Source of the DNA: an uncultured Acidobacteriota bacterium
GTDB lineage: Bacteria; Acidobacteriota; Terriglobia; UBA7540
NCBI GenBank assembly: GCA_963804995.1
Contig: CAWDSK010000006.1
Span: 1,984,001 to 2,048,000 of the forward strand
Reading direction: 5' to 3'
Length of the DNA: 64,000 bases
Part shown: positions 17,945 through 28,152 of the stretch, one piece after another
Layout of the letters: the number at the start of each line of letters is the position of its first letter
Numbering within the stretch: position 1 is the first letter of the stretch
Notes under the pieces: generated by a model
Told to the model about the DNA's origin: nothing
The model's input: only the letters and a program-made list of their open reading frames with translations
Database searches by the model: none
Position numbers and translations under genes: made by a program

Positions 17945-18586
17945 CCCCGCAGGGGCACCATATAGTAGCCGGGGGCAGCGCCCCCGGAAAACACGCGAAA
18001 CCAGATCCGACCCTGAAAGGGTCGCATAAAACCTCACGACCATATGTAGCGCTCGTCGTATTGAACGTTGTATTTCTTCAGCAGCGCCACGAGTTCCTGC
18101 TCGAATGAAATCTTCTTATGCCTTTCCTTCTGACCCGCAATGTAATTCTGCAAGGCTTCGACCTGTGATTGCCCGATTGTGAAAGCGCCGTACCCGTCCT
18201 GCCACCCGAAGGTCCGCAGCGCAGGGCTCTTGGTCTTGATCCATTTCGAGGAGCTCTTCTTGACCTCTTCCATCAAGCGGCTCAGGGCTATGGTCTTCGA
18301 CTGAGAGATTAAGAGATGAACGTGGTTGCTTGTTCCCCCAACGGCAAGACAAGGTGAATCCAGGTTCTTCGCCGTGCCGCCCATGTAAGCATAGAGTTCG
18401 GGCTCGACCTCGGAGTCGATCATGGGGCGCCGGTTCTTCGTCGAGAAGATAACATGTACCCGCAAGCATACGAGCGTCTGAGCCATGACCAGCACCTTGG
18501 CGGATGTGACCCCTTCAGGGTCAAGCCCCCATTGGGCCGTCTTCCGGGGGCGTTGCCCCCGGCTACTATATGAATCCCCTGCGGGG
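17945..18586. mobile_element. REPtron-like unit: Y1 transposase flanked by inverted composite REP arms
   Basis: Arms 17945-18027 and 18504-18586 are reverse complements in their hairpin modules (CCCCGCAGGGG; GTAG-CCGGGGGC-A(G/A)C-GCCCCCGG; GACCCTGAA(A/G)GGGTC). Confidence 0.8.
18034..18486 (-). CDS. tnpA: IS200/IS605-family TnpA (HUH Y1, RAYT-like)
   Basis: Motifs 'HVIFSTKNR', 'NHVHLL' (HUH), 'WQDGYGAF', 'YIAGQKERH'. No adjacent tnpB. Confidence 0.9.
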   Translation of the reverse strand: MAQTLVCLRVHVIFSTKNRRPMIDSEVEPELYAYMGGTAKNLDSPCLAVGGTSNHVHLLISQSKTIALSRLMEEVKKSSSKWIKTKSPALRTFGWQDGYGAFTIGQSQVEALQNYIAGQKERHKKISFEQELVALLKKYNVQYDERYIWS

Positions 18587-18918
18587 ATTTCCAGGCGTCA
18601 CAACCCGCACGCTGGGACTCTCCAGGGTCTGCGCTGCCTAAGCTCGCCGCGAGGTCCTGGATTGACCTTGGCTTCGGTGGCCTGTCGCGACGCGCCTGAC
18701 GGGCCGGACCTCAGCGCCCACCCACCCTTCAATGCGGGCAGTCACAGCGTCATGATTAGCGGTTCCTTTGTCGGCGGAGCGTGCACCGTACTGTTCAAAA
18801 ACCTCGCTAGCCGGCCGCTTTCCCCAAACTTCGTATTTCATAACGTGCCTCACATCCGTGCAGCGCTCGCCCTAGGACCACCCGCCGGCACTTCACTGCT
18901 TACCGCCTACGTTCCACT

Positions 18919-21855
18919 CTACGAGCACCCGCTGGTCGATCCGCAATTCAGACACTTATAGCAGGCGCCGTTACGAACCATGATGGCACCGCAATCGGCG
19001 CAACTCGGGGCGTCATCGCTCTGGTTGACACCCGCCAAACCCGCCTGCATCGGCGACGAGGTAAATCCGATTGCCGGCGCCGGAGCTTCGGCGGTGGCGC
19101 GAGAGAACTGCGCGGCGATCTCCGTAGCTTTTTCCGCCTCCGTGCCGTTCAGTGATTGCACGCTGGCGTCCTCGCGAGGCTGGGCGTCGCGCGGCAGGAA
19201 CTTGTATGCCAGCCACCGGAAGATGTAATCCATCACTGACTTGGCGTAGCGGATTTCCGGATTGGGCGTCCAGCCGCTGGGCTCGAAGCGCGTGTGGCTG
19301 AACTTATCGCACAGCACCTTGAGTGGTACGCCGTATTGCAGGGCCAGCGAAACCGCGGTGGCGAAGGAATCCATCAGACCCGATACGGTTGAGCCTTCCT
19401 TGGCCATGGTGATGAAGATCTCGCCGGGTTGGCCGTCTTCATAAAGGCCCACGGTCAGGTAGCCCTCGTGTTGCGCCACGGAGAATTTGTGGGTGATAGC
19501 ACGGCGCTCGTCAGGAAGCTTGTGACGGAAAGGCTGCGGCGCGCTGGGGGCCGGGGCTTCAGTCTTGCCTGTCTTTGGTTCCGCATTGCCTGTTCCCTGT
19601 TCCCTATTCCCTGTTCCCTGACTTTTCGGTTTCGCGTCGGAAGTGTTGAGTGGTTGCGAGCGCTTGGAGGCGTCGCGATAAATGGCGATGGCCTTCAGTC
19701 CCAGCCGCCAGCCCTCGGTATAGACGTTGGCGATTTCCTCAGCGGTCGCATCTTCCGGCATATTAACTGTCTTGGAAATGGCGCCGGAAAGGAAGGGCTG
19801 CACGGCGGCCATCATGCGCACGTGGCCCATGTAGTGGATGGAGCGCTTGCCGTTGGCGGGTTTCAGCGAGCAATCGAACACCGGCAGGTGCTCCGGCTTC
19901 AGGTGCGGAGCGCCCTCGATGGTGCCCTGCTGGTCGATGTAGTTGACGATGTCGCCTGCTTCCTGCTCCGTATAGCCCAGCCGCAGCAGCGCCGTGGGCA
20001 CCACGTTGTTGACGATTTTGATCAGACCGCCGCCCACCAGCTTCTTGTACTTCACCAGCGCCAGGTCCGGCTCAATGCCCGTGGTGTCGCAATCCATCAG
20101 GAAGCCGATCGTCCCCGTTGGCGCCAGCACCGTAACTTGCGCGTTGCGGTAGCCATACTTCATGCCGCTCGCCAGGCAATCATCCCAGGTCTTCTTGGCC
20201 GCTTCCCACAGGTTCTCCGGAACGTTGTGCGAGTTGATGTGCTGCAACGCCTGGCGGTGCATGGAAATGACGCCCAGGAAGGAATCCCGATTCAGGGGGA
20301 AGCCCGCGCAGGGCTCCAGCTCCGCCGCGATGCGCGAGGATTGCAGGTAAGACTCACCGTGCATAAGGGCAGTGATGGCCGCAGCGTAATCACGGCCGCC
20401 ATCGGAATCGTAGGGCAGACCGTTGGCCATCAGCAATGCGCCCAGGTTGGCATAGCCCAGGCCTAGGGGGCGGAAGTCGTGCGAGTTAAGCGCGATCCGC
20501 TCCGTCGGGTAGCTCGCGTTATCCACCAGAATTTCCTGCGCCGTGGTCATGATGTCGACGGCGTGCCGGAACGACTCCACGTCGAACTTGCCGTCGGGCG
20601 TGAGGAACTTCATCAGGTTCAGGGACGACAGGTTGCAGGCCGAATCGTCCAGGAACATATACTCGCTGCAGGGATTCGACGCGTTGATGGGCGCCGTGGC
20701 TTTGGACGTATGCCACTTGTTGATGGTGGTGTGGAACTGCATGCCCGGGTCGCCGCACTGCCACGCAGCCTCGGCGATCTTCTTCATCAGGTCGCGCGCC
20801 CGGTGCACCTTGGCGGTCTCACCGGTGCTGATGCGGCGCGTCGTCCAGTCCTTGTCTTCGATGACGGCTTTCATGAACTCGTCGGTGACGCGCACGCTGT
20901 TGTTGGCATTCTGGAAGAAGACGGAGCTGTACGCCTCACCGTCGATGGCAGAATCGTAACCGACATCCACCAGCGCCCAGGCCTTGCGTTCCTCCTTCGC
21001 CTTGCACTCAATGAACTCCTCGATGTCGGGGTGATCGACGTTGAGGATCACCATCTTGGCGGCGCGGCGGGTCTTGCCACCCGATTTGATGACGCCCGCA
21101 AACGCGTCGTAGCCTTTCATGAAGGAGAGGGGACCGGAGGCCACACCGCCACCCGACAGCGACTCGACTGAGGACCTGAGTGGTGAGAGGTTCGTACCCG
21201 TACCCGAACCCCACTTGAAGAGCATCCCTTCCACTTTAGCCAGATTCAGGATGCTTTCGAGGTTGTCCTGGACGGAGTTGATGAAGCAGGCTGAGCACTG
21301 AGGGTGCCGGTAGGCCTCGGTCTCCTTCTTGATGCCGCCCGTGGCCGGATCCCAATACCAGCCGCCCCCCTGGGAGGTGCGGTGATACTTGTGCCACAAG
21401 CCGCAATTGAACCAAACCGGGGAATTGAACGCCGCCTTTTGGCGGACCAGGATGTGCGTCAGTTCATCGTGAAAAGTTCTGGCGTCTTCCTCGCTGCGGA
21501 AGTAGCCGCCCTCCACACCCCATTGCGCGATGGTGTCGGCCACGCGGCTGATCAGTTGCCGCACGCTCGTTTCGCGCTCCGGCGAACCCAGTTTGCCGTG
21601 GAAATACTTCGAGGCCACAATGTTGGTGGCCGTCTGCGTCCAGTCCTTCGGCACTTCCACATTGCGCTGCTCGAATATGATCTTTCCCTTTTCGTTCTGA
21701 ATCGAAGCCGTGCGAAGCTCCCACTCGAGCTCGTCGAAAGGATGCACACCCGCCTTGGTCGAAACCCGCTTGACCGCGATGCCGCGCTTGCTTTGACTGT
21801 CTGTGGAAGGGGCCCAGGATTTGGTCTCCATCGACACAACGTCACGCTCAGACAT
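18919..21855 (-). CDS. nrdJ: Vitamin B12-dependent class II ribonucleotide reductase with C-terminal TSCPD and Zn-finger domains
   Basis: Motifs 'FNSPVWFN', 'QCSACFI', 'ASNPCSEY', 'APTGTI', 'GAISKTVN'; C-terminal CADC...CLNC...GCS. Confidence 0.96.
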   Translation of the reverse strand: MSERDVVSMETKSWAPSTDSQSKRGIAVKRVSTKAGVHPFDELEWELRTASIQNEKGKIIFEQRNVEVPKDWTQTATNIVASKYFHGKLGSPERETSVRQLISRVADTIAQWGVEGGYFRSEEDARTFHDELTHILVRQKAAFNSPVWFNCGLWHKYHRTSQGGGWYWDPATGGIKKETEAYRHPQCSACFINSVQDNLESILNLAKVEGMLFKWGSGTGTNLSPLRSSVESLSGGGVASGPLSFMKGYDAFAGVIKSGGKTRRAAKMVILNVDHPDIEEFIECKAKEERKAWALVDVGYDSAIDGEAYSSVFFQNANNSVRVTDEFMKAVIEDKDWTTRRISTGETAKVHRARDLMKKIAEAAWQCGDPGMQFHTTINKWHTSKATAPINASNPCSEYMFLDDSACNLSSLNLMKFLTPDGKFDVESFRHAVDIMTTAQEILVDNASYPTERIALNSHDFRPLGLGYANLGALLMANGLPYDSDGGRDYAAAITALMHGESYLQSSRIAAELEPCAGFPLNRDSFLGVISMHRQALQHINSHNVPENLWEAAKKTWDDCLASGMKYGYRNAQVTVLAPTGTIGFLMDCDTTGIEPDLALVKYKKLVGGGLIKIVNNVVPTALLRLGYTEQEAGDIVNYIDQQGTIEGAPHLKPEHLPVFDCSLKPANGKRSIHYMGHVRMMAAVQPFLSGAISKTVNMPEDATAEEIANVYTEGWRLGLKAIAIYRDASKRSQPLNTSDAKPKSQGTGNREQGTGNAEPKTGKTEAPAPSAPQPFRHKLPDERRAITHKFSVAQHEGYLTVGLYEDGQPGEIFITMAKEGSTVSGLMDSFATAVSLALQYGVPLKVLCDKFSHTRFEPSGWTPNPEIRYAKSVMDYIFRWLAYKFLPRDAQPREDASVQSLNGTEAEKATEIAAQFSRATAEAPAPAIGFTSSPMQAGLAGVNQSDDAPSCADCGAIMVRNGACYKCLNCGSTSGCS

Positions 21856-22001
21856 AGTCTGCCTCCATATGGTGGGTTCACGCCCTCAATTATGATTTGC
21901 TGCGATGCGGCCTGGGCCAACGGCTCAAGAATTGTTCTACTGCCCCGCTGCCGGCTTGCCCCCCTCCGGGCGGAGACCGGCTCCGCAACGACTGGGACGA
22001 A

Positions 22002-22029
22002 ATTCTACTCCTCCCGTTTGGTTTGTCAA
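22002..22029 (-). promoter_or_regulatory. Putative sigma70 promoter of nrdJ
   Basis: On the minus strand: TTGACA (22029-22024), 16 nt spacer, TAGAAT (22007-22002). Confidence 0.6.
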
Positions 22030-22038
22030 GAGGGAAAA

Positions 22039-22085
22039 ACACAATAGGTAGTGGTTGGCGGGTTTATACCGACAAAATCTTGTGG
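22039..22085. promoter_or_regulatory. Tandem NrdR boxes
   Basis: ACACAATAGGTAGTGG (22039-22054) and CGACAAAATCTTGTGG (22070-22085) resemble acaCwAtATaTwGtg and start 31 bp apart, upstream of nrdJ. Confidence 0.75.
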
Positions 22086-22285
22086 AAAACCTGTGGAGGA
22101 GTGTGAATATCTCCAGACCCCATTTCCCCCCTCTTGCAACCCCTTATCTCTGCGTAACTTCTCTTAATTAGATGGTCCCACGAAGGTCCGCGCTGCCCGC
22201 AGGCACACACTGACACCGCCACTCCATCTCAATTGTCGTCAGGGGAGAGCGGGGCGAACGGACGTTCGCCCCACGTAAGCCACAC

Positions 22286-22795
22286 TTAGCTCGGAAGGGG
22301 TGCTTTTATATTGACCTTGGACAGCGACTTAACCAGTTGTGCTTCCACGGTTTCTTTCGCCAGCCCGCGCACCACAGCAACTTCGTCGACGAGAAGTCCC
22401 CAGGCGCGATCCAGCATCTTTTTCTCGCGGAAGGAGAGTGGCTTGGCCTGATTGAGGAACATCAAAGTCTTCAGGACTTCGGCCACTTGCATCAACGCGC
22501 CATTGCGCATCTTCTCGGAGTTCTCCTTGAACCGCCCCTTCCAGTCCTGAGCGGATTTACAGCGGCCCTTCTGAAGGAATTCGAGCACCCCGCCGATCTC
22601 GCTGGTTTTGGTCACGCGCCGCAAACCCACGTTAGCCACGCTGCTGAGAGGCACCATGACCCGCATGCTGCTGGAACTGAGCTTCAAGAGATAAAACATT
22701 TCCGGCATGCCGGTAAGATTGCGCGTGGAAATCTGTTCGACTATCCCTACTCCTTGATTGGGGTAGACAACCTTGTCCCCGATTTGAAAGTCCAT
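22286..22795 (-). CDS. carD: CarD family transcriptional regulator
   Basis: Motifs 'FQIGDKVVYPNQGVG', 'VGLR', 'WKGRFKEN.EK', 'KPLSFREKKMLDRA'. Confidence 0.93.
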   Translation of the reverse strand: MDFQIGDKVVYPNQGVGIVEQISTRNLTGMPEMFYLLKLSSSSMRVMVPLSSVANVGLRRVTKTSEIGGVLEFLQKGRCKSAQDWKGRFKENSEKMRNGALMQVAEVLKTLMFLNQAKPLSFREKKMLDRAWGLLVDEVAVVRGLAKETVEAQLVKSLSKVNIKAPLPS

Positions 22796-23083
22796 GGGGC
22801 TCCTTGGAGGAAAAAGAATGATTACAAAACGATTAAGTTTACCTTAGAATTCGCGTAAAGTCAATTGAATAGAAAGGGATGCAGTGTTTCATCTTGATGT
22901 AGAGGCGGCGGAATTTATCCCGATCTCGTCGGGATGCCGACATTTGGCGAGGTAAACTCGCCGCTACCGCATCATCGATTCACTGCCGAGGAAATCCACC
23001 AACCAATCCAGGCAGCAGACAGATTCCGCGCGGCATCGTATAATAGGTTTGTAGCACTTCTCACGGGGCACTACGAAAGGTTC

Positions 23084-24337
23084 ATGCGGCACTGGGTCAG
23101 TTTTTTAGTCCTTCTATTCTTCCTTCCGAGCCAGATCTTCTGGATTCGGCAGGTGCGAGCGCTGGGGGCGAAGCTCCTTCGCAGCGCTGCCTTACGCCGT
23201 TGGCTGGGAGGCTTGGCCGGCGTTTTCTATCTCATACTGTTATTGTATTTTTTTAGCAACCTGCTGGGAATCCGCCGGCACCCCGAATCCACCTACCTGA
23301 CGCTGCGGGCCGCACTGCTGCAAGCTCCCTTCAACTGGTGGATGTTCTCTTCAGTCTTGGGATTCGTGGCCATTGCCGCCTTCTTTCTTCTCGATCGCCT
23401 CGCGCGGGCGGCCTATGCCTCCTACGCCAGCTTGGCTCTACCCTCGAAACCAGGTCACCACCGCTTGCTGTCTCCGGAGCGCCGACGCTTTCTGGAAAGG
23501 ACAGCCGTGGCACTGAGTGCCACACCCTTTGCCGCTTGCGCTTACGGGATGCTTTACGAGCGCACGGCCACGGAGATCGTGCACCAACGCCTCAAGCTGC
23601 GCCGGCTCCCCAAAGCTTTTGAGGGCTTTCGAATCGCGCAACTTTCCGACCTTCACATCGGACCTTTTACGACCAGCGATGATATTCGGAAGTGCGTCGC
23701 GACCGTGAATCAGTTGAAGCCCGATTTGGTGGCGCTCACAGGCGACTTTGTCACGTGGGACGCCAAAACGCAGGGCCCCGCCGTCGCCGCGCTCAGCGGG
23801 CTCAAGGCCCCCTTTGGAGTTTTCGGCTGCCTGGGCAATCACGAGATGTGGTGCCACGCCGAGAATTCCATCACCAGGCTTTTCGCGGCCGAGGGTGTCA
23901 AGATCCTGCGCGAGGAGCGGGCCGCGATCGAATCGGGCGGCGAGCGCCTGAACCTGATTGGCGTGGATTACCAGACGCGCACGCGTTTTGGGCCCCCCGG
24001 CGAAGGTATTGTGACCCATTATCTGGATGGTGTTGAGCCCCTGATCCTGGCCGACACCACGAATATCCTGCTGAGTCACAACCCCAATACTTTCGACCGC
24101 GCCGCCGAGCTTGGCATCGACTTGAGCCTGGCCGGTCACACCCACGGCGGCCAGGTCACACTGGAATTCATCTCCCCTGACCTTTCCCCCAGCCGCTTGA
24201 TTACTTCCTACGTGCGAGGTTGGTTCCAAAAAGGCGACTCGCAGCTCTATGTGAACCGCGGCATCGGAACCATCTTCGTCCCCATCCGCTTCGACTCCCC
24301 ACCTGAAATTACCATGTTTGAATTGCAGCGCGGGTAA
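23084..24337 (+). CDS. Membrane-anchored metallophosphoesterase
   Basis: N-terminal TM helices; motifs 'SDLH', 'TGDF', 'GNHE', 'LSHNP', 'GHTHGGQ'. Start chosen at ATG 23084. Confidence 0.9.
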   Translation: MRHWVSFLVLLFFLPSQIFWIRQVRALGAKLLRSAALRRWLGGLAGVFYLILLLYFFSNLLGIRRHPESTYLTLRAALLQAPFNWWMFSSVLGFVAIAAFFLLDRLARAAYASYASLALPSKPGHHRLLSPERRRFLERTAVALSATPFAACAYGMLYERTATEIVHQRLKLRRLPKAFEGFRIAQLSDLHIGPFTTSDDIRKCVATVNQLKPDLVALTGDFVTWDAKTQGPAVAALSGLKAPFGVFGCLGNHEMWCHAENSITRLFAAEGVKILREERAAIESGGERLNLIGVDYQTRTRFGPPGEGIVTHYLDGVEPLILADTTNILLSHNPNTFDRAAELGIDLSLAGHTHGGQVTLEFISPDLSPSRLITSYVRGWFQKGDSQLYVNRGIGTIFVPIRFDSPPEITMFELQRG

Positions 24338-24419
24338 GACCGGCGTGATCGCATACAGGCCAAAAGCCAGCACGTATGCGCCACCCGTGGATTTTTCCTT
24401 TCGGCCCTTCGTCTAATGC

Positions 24420-24488
24420 CTTCTTGGTGTCTTGGTGACTTGGTGGTAAAAAGAAATTGAACCACCAAGACACCAAGGCACGGAGAGA
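24420..24488. repeat. Inverted octamer repeats (CTTGGTG(T/A) / CACCAAG(A/G))
   Basis: cttggtgtcttggtgacttggtg ... caccaagacaccaaggcacggag. Confidence 0.65.
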
Positions 24489-24875
24489 GCGAGGAAACCA
24501 ACAAATTTGCACGAGATCGCTGCGGCTGCATTTGTGGTGCGAATGGCGCTCGCTGCCTGGTGCCTTCTATCTCCTGACTCCTATCTTCTGCATCCTTTCC
24601 TCCCACTGGCGCCCTGCGTTCGGGCAATTTGAGTGATTTATTTCATATTCGGGCTACCGGTAGCCCAAACCCACACATTGCCTATTGACATAGGCCAGTC
24701 GACTAAGAGCACAATAGAGGTGAGGAAGCGTAGCGCCCTGATGTGTCCAAGCAGCAATCTCTACCGAACAACCACGGGCCCCCAAATCGGGGGTCTGCCA
24801 TGCCATCCCGTGAATGCTGATTTCTTTAGCGAACCTTTTGGGGCAAGGGTTGAAAGTCACGGCTTCCGTCGAAGC

Positions 24876-25012
24876 AACCCCTCATCCGCTTCGTACCTCA
24901 GCACCTTCTCCCCGGGGAGAAGGTGGGAAATTAAACCGCCCTCTCCGAGGGGAGAGGGTGGACCGCCGCCGGCGTTTTCATCAGCCGGGGCGGGACGGGT
25001 GAGGGGTCACTT
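24876..25012. repeat. CCCTCTCC...GGGAGAGGG / GGGTGAGGGG palindromic repeat family, copy A
   Basis: Closely matches 55674-55815 and the inner arms at 57665-57737 and 57987-58060. Confidence 0.8.
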
Positions 25013-25865
25013 CGCCAGCGCATAACCACTTGGCAGCCCGCGCGCTCCCTCTGGAGATTCGCAGGTCCATCCTCAAGCGGCCTAGGGTGAGTCTGGCGGC
25101 ACGCGAGGCGTTCCGATTTGATTGGCTATTACACCTCATGAACACGCCGACAAACGTCCGGGAAGAGGCACTGACCCGTAGAGATGTTAAAAATGAAGGT
25201 CGATCCGGGGATGCGTATGAAAACACAGGAGCAGCGACACAATGTCAGGCTATTGTTTGGGCTTTTTGCAGAAAACACCGGAGTTTTGTGACAATGGACG
25301 ACAATCGAACGGGATTGTGGGTCGAAAATACACGGATTACGCCATAAATCGGGGTGAAGTAGCGCCGACCTTCAGATCCCGCCCTGAGCACCGCGAGGGG
25401 TCGGCACATGCGGACGTAGCGCCGACCGGAACCTGTCCCGACCTGGTCGGGAGGTCGGCACATGCTGAAGTAAAGTTCAGCACTACAAAAGGCCGTGGCT
25501 TTCCATTATGTTCATGAAAAGAAATAGGGTTACTGATAATGAGGGAAAAAATGGGAAGAAGAAATCATCGATCGGGATGAGGCTTTGAGGAGACGGGTAG
25601 CGCGATGGTCAAAGTGAAGCCGGAAGGTGCGATAGGCATTGGACGGGCGGTCAAAAGTGGTGGGGCCAGCCGTTTAAACCGATCTGCCGCAGCCGCCTAC
25701 TTCAGCCTCCGGTTGTCACTGCGGCGACAGAAAACAGTGTCGGCGCGGAAAGCAAGTGGCACAGGCGACCCACACCCCCGACCGAATGCCTCCCGTCCGG
25801 GACACACTTCCCCGTATCGGTAATCGGCAGTGCCAGGTGAGAAGATGAATCAAAGGCTGACTGCG

Positions 25866-25952
25866 AAAATCGCCAATCACAAATCGCCAATCACAAATCG
25901 CCATTCACCAATCAGCCGATCCCCCGATCACCAGATCAACCGATCACCCGAT
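25866..25952. repeat. Heptamer tandem repeat ((A/C)AATC(G/A)C, then CCGATCA-like)
   Basis: aaatcgc caatcac aaatcgc caatcac aaatcgc cattcac caatcag ... Confidence 0.8.
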
Positions 25953-26106
25953 TCCCAGCCCCCGCCGGCACGCACTCCCCCAAATCGGTTATCGGTGGGT
26001 TGGCGCACGAAGATGAGCATAAAGATCGGGGGGTGAATCGAATGGGCAGCCACCGGTTGAATTTTCACTCGACGGATAGGAACGCTCCTCATAGAATGGA
26101 AACTAC

Positions 26107-28152
26107 ATGCCCGCAGTGAGGCTCACGTTGAAGAAACTGACTCGATACGTTCTACTTTCCGGCACACTCGCGACGCTCGGTTACTTTGCGGGTTGCCATC
26201 GCGCCGCGCCCACACGTCCAGTGACGCAGCAAGTTGTGGTCTTGGGATTTGACGGCGCCGACCCGAAGCTGGCTGCCAAGTGGATTGCGGAAGGCAAGCT
26301 GCCGAACCTGGCGCGGCTGGCTGAGCAAGGTACCTTCAAGCCGCTGGGGACAACGAACCCGCCGGAGTCACCCGTGGCGTGGGCGGCGTTCGCCACAGGG
26401 CTTAACCCCGGAGCCACCGGCATTTTCGACTTCCTGAAGCGCGACCCGCAGACTTACCTGCCGGAGCTGGCACTGGTTTCTCGCGAGAAGGGTAAATTCC
26501 TGTGGGGCATGGTTCCCGTGAAGCTCCCGAAGGTAACGAACCTGCGCAGCGGCGTACCCTTCTACAAGGCCGTGGCTGATGCAGGTTACAAGACCACCAT
26601 CGTGCGCATGCCACTGGAGTTTCCCCCCACCCAGATTCCCGGAGGCAAGCTGCTGGCGGGTCTGGGCGTGCCGGACCTGCGCGGGACGTGGGGCACGTTC
26701 TTCTATTTCAGCTCTGACCTTACCCCTTGGGATGTGGGTGATACTGAATTCGGCGGCAAGCTGGTGCGCCTGGAGTTGAACGGCAACCACGCGGCCACCA
26801 CCATCGAGGGGCCGGCCGATCCCACCGCGGAAAAGTTCACACGCCTGTCGATCCCCATCGACTTCACAGTTTCGCCCGACGGGAAGACCGTAACCATCCA
26901 GCTTGAAGGGCAGACGGCCACGCTCCGGGAGCGTCAATGGAGCGCCTGGATGCACGCCAAGTTTCACGTAACCCCGTTCCTCCGTTTGCATTCGATCTGC
27001 CAGTTCTACATTTTGCAGGCCTCGCCCGATTTGCGCGTTTACATGTCACCGCTGAACCTTGATCCGGAGGATTCGCCGATCCCGATTTCCTCTCCGGCGG
27101 AATACAGCTCAGAGCTCGTGAAGAAGCACGGCCTGTACAAAACCCTGGGCTGGTGGCACGACACCTGGGCGCTCAACGAAGAGCGCATCGACGAGGGCAT
27201 GTTCCTGGAAGATTGTTGGCGCACCATGGACCAGTGGCGCGACATCACAGTTGACGAGCTGAAGAACGATCCGCCGAGTTTAATGGTTTCGGTTTCCACC
27301 GCCACGGACAGCGTCAGCCACATGTTCTACCGCTTGATCGATCCCACCCACCCGCGCTACGACCCGGAGCTGGCCGCCAGGTACGGCAATGCCATCGAGC
27401 GGACCTACGTGAAGATGGACGCGGCCGTGGGCGAAGTGATGCGGGCGATGAAGCCGGGGGCCACGCTCATCATCGTCTCCGACCACGGGTTTCATTCCTG
27501 GCGCAAAGGTTTCAACACCAATACTTGGCTCGTCGAGAATGGTTTCATGGCGCTCAAGAATCCGGGCGCCGCGGAGCAACAGCACAACCTGGACCAACTC
27601 TTCGGCAAGGGGAGCTTCTTCCCCAACACCGATTGGAGCCGCACCCAGGCGTACGCCCTGGGCCTGGGCCAGGTGTACCTAAACCTGGACGGGCGCGAGA
27701 AGGATGGAGTCGTCAGCCTGGGCGAGGAGTCAGAGCGGATTCTCGGAGCCATCCACGACAAGCTGCTGACTGTCCAGGACCCGGACACGCACCAGCCGGT
27801 GATTCAAAATGTTTATTTCGGCAAGGAAATCTTTCACGGCCCGCGCATGAGTGAGGCGCCTGACTTGCAGGTCGATTTCCGGGATGGTTATCGCACCTCG
27901 TGGCAGACCTCGCTGGGAGCGGTTCCCCCGGGCATCGTCGTGGCCAACATGAAGAAGTGGAGCGGCGATCACTGCGCCTCCGACCCCAGTGACACGCAAG
28001 GGATCTTCTTCTCGAATCGGCCTTATGCCGCTTCCCAAGCCTCCCTGCTGGATATCGCGCCAACCGTCTTAGGCATTTTCAGCGTGGCGCCACCCGCCCA
28101 ACTGGATGGCAAGGCGCTTGGACTCGCTACCGGCAATACGTCGAAGCCTTAA
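26107..28152 (+). CDS. Alkaline phosphatase superfamily protein (type I phosphodiesterase / nucleotide pyrophosphatase), probable lipoprotein
   Basis: Motifs 'VLGFDGADP', 'TTNPPESPVAW', 'TDSVSHMFY', 'VSDHGF', 'WSGDH'; lipobox-like 'FAGC'. Confidence 0.88.
   Translation: MPAVRLTLKKLTRYVLLSGTLATLGYFAGCHRAAPTRPVTQQVVVLGFDGADPKLAAKWIAEGKLPNLARLAEQGTFKPLGTTNPPESPVAWAAFATGLNPGATGIFDFLKRDPQTYLPELALVSREKGKFLWGMVPVKLPKVTNLRSGVPFYKAVADAGYKTTIVRMPLEFPPTQIPGGKLLAGLGVPDLRGTWGTFFYFSSDLTPWDVGDTEFGGKLVRLELNGNHAATTIEGPADPTAEKFTRLSIPIDFTVSPDGKTVTIQLEGQTATLRERQWSAWMHAKFHVTPFLRLHSICQFYILQASPDLRVYMSPLNLDPEDSPIPISSPAEYSSELVKKHGLYKTLGWWHDTWALNEERIDEGMFLEDCWRTMDQWRDITVDELKNDPPSLMVSVSTATDSVSHMFYRLIDPTHPRYDPELAARYGNAIERTYVKMDAAVGEVMRAMKPGATLIIVSDHGFHSWRKGFNTNTWLVENGFMALKNPGAAEQQHNLDQLFGKGSFFPNTDWSRTQAYALGLGQVYLNLDGREKDGVVSLGEESERILGAIHDKLLTVQDPDTHQPVIQNVYFGKEIFHGPRMSEAPDLQVDFRDGYRTSWQTSLGAVPPGIVVANMKKWSGDHCASDPSDTQGIFFSNRPYAASQASLLDIAPTVLGIFSVAPPAQLDGKALGLATGNTSKP

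Noticed and set aside
18034..18961. IS605 element with tnpB or omega-RNA
   Set aside because: No RuvC/Zn-finger TnpB ORF lies next to tnpA, and ORF 18485-18961 is largely REP-derived.
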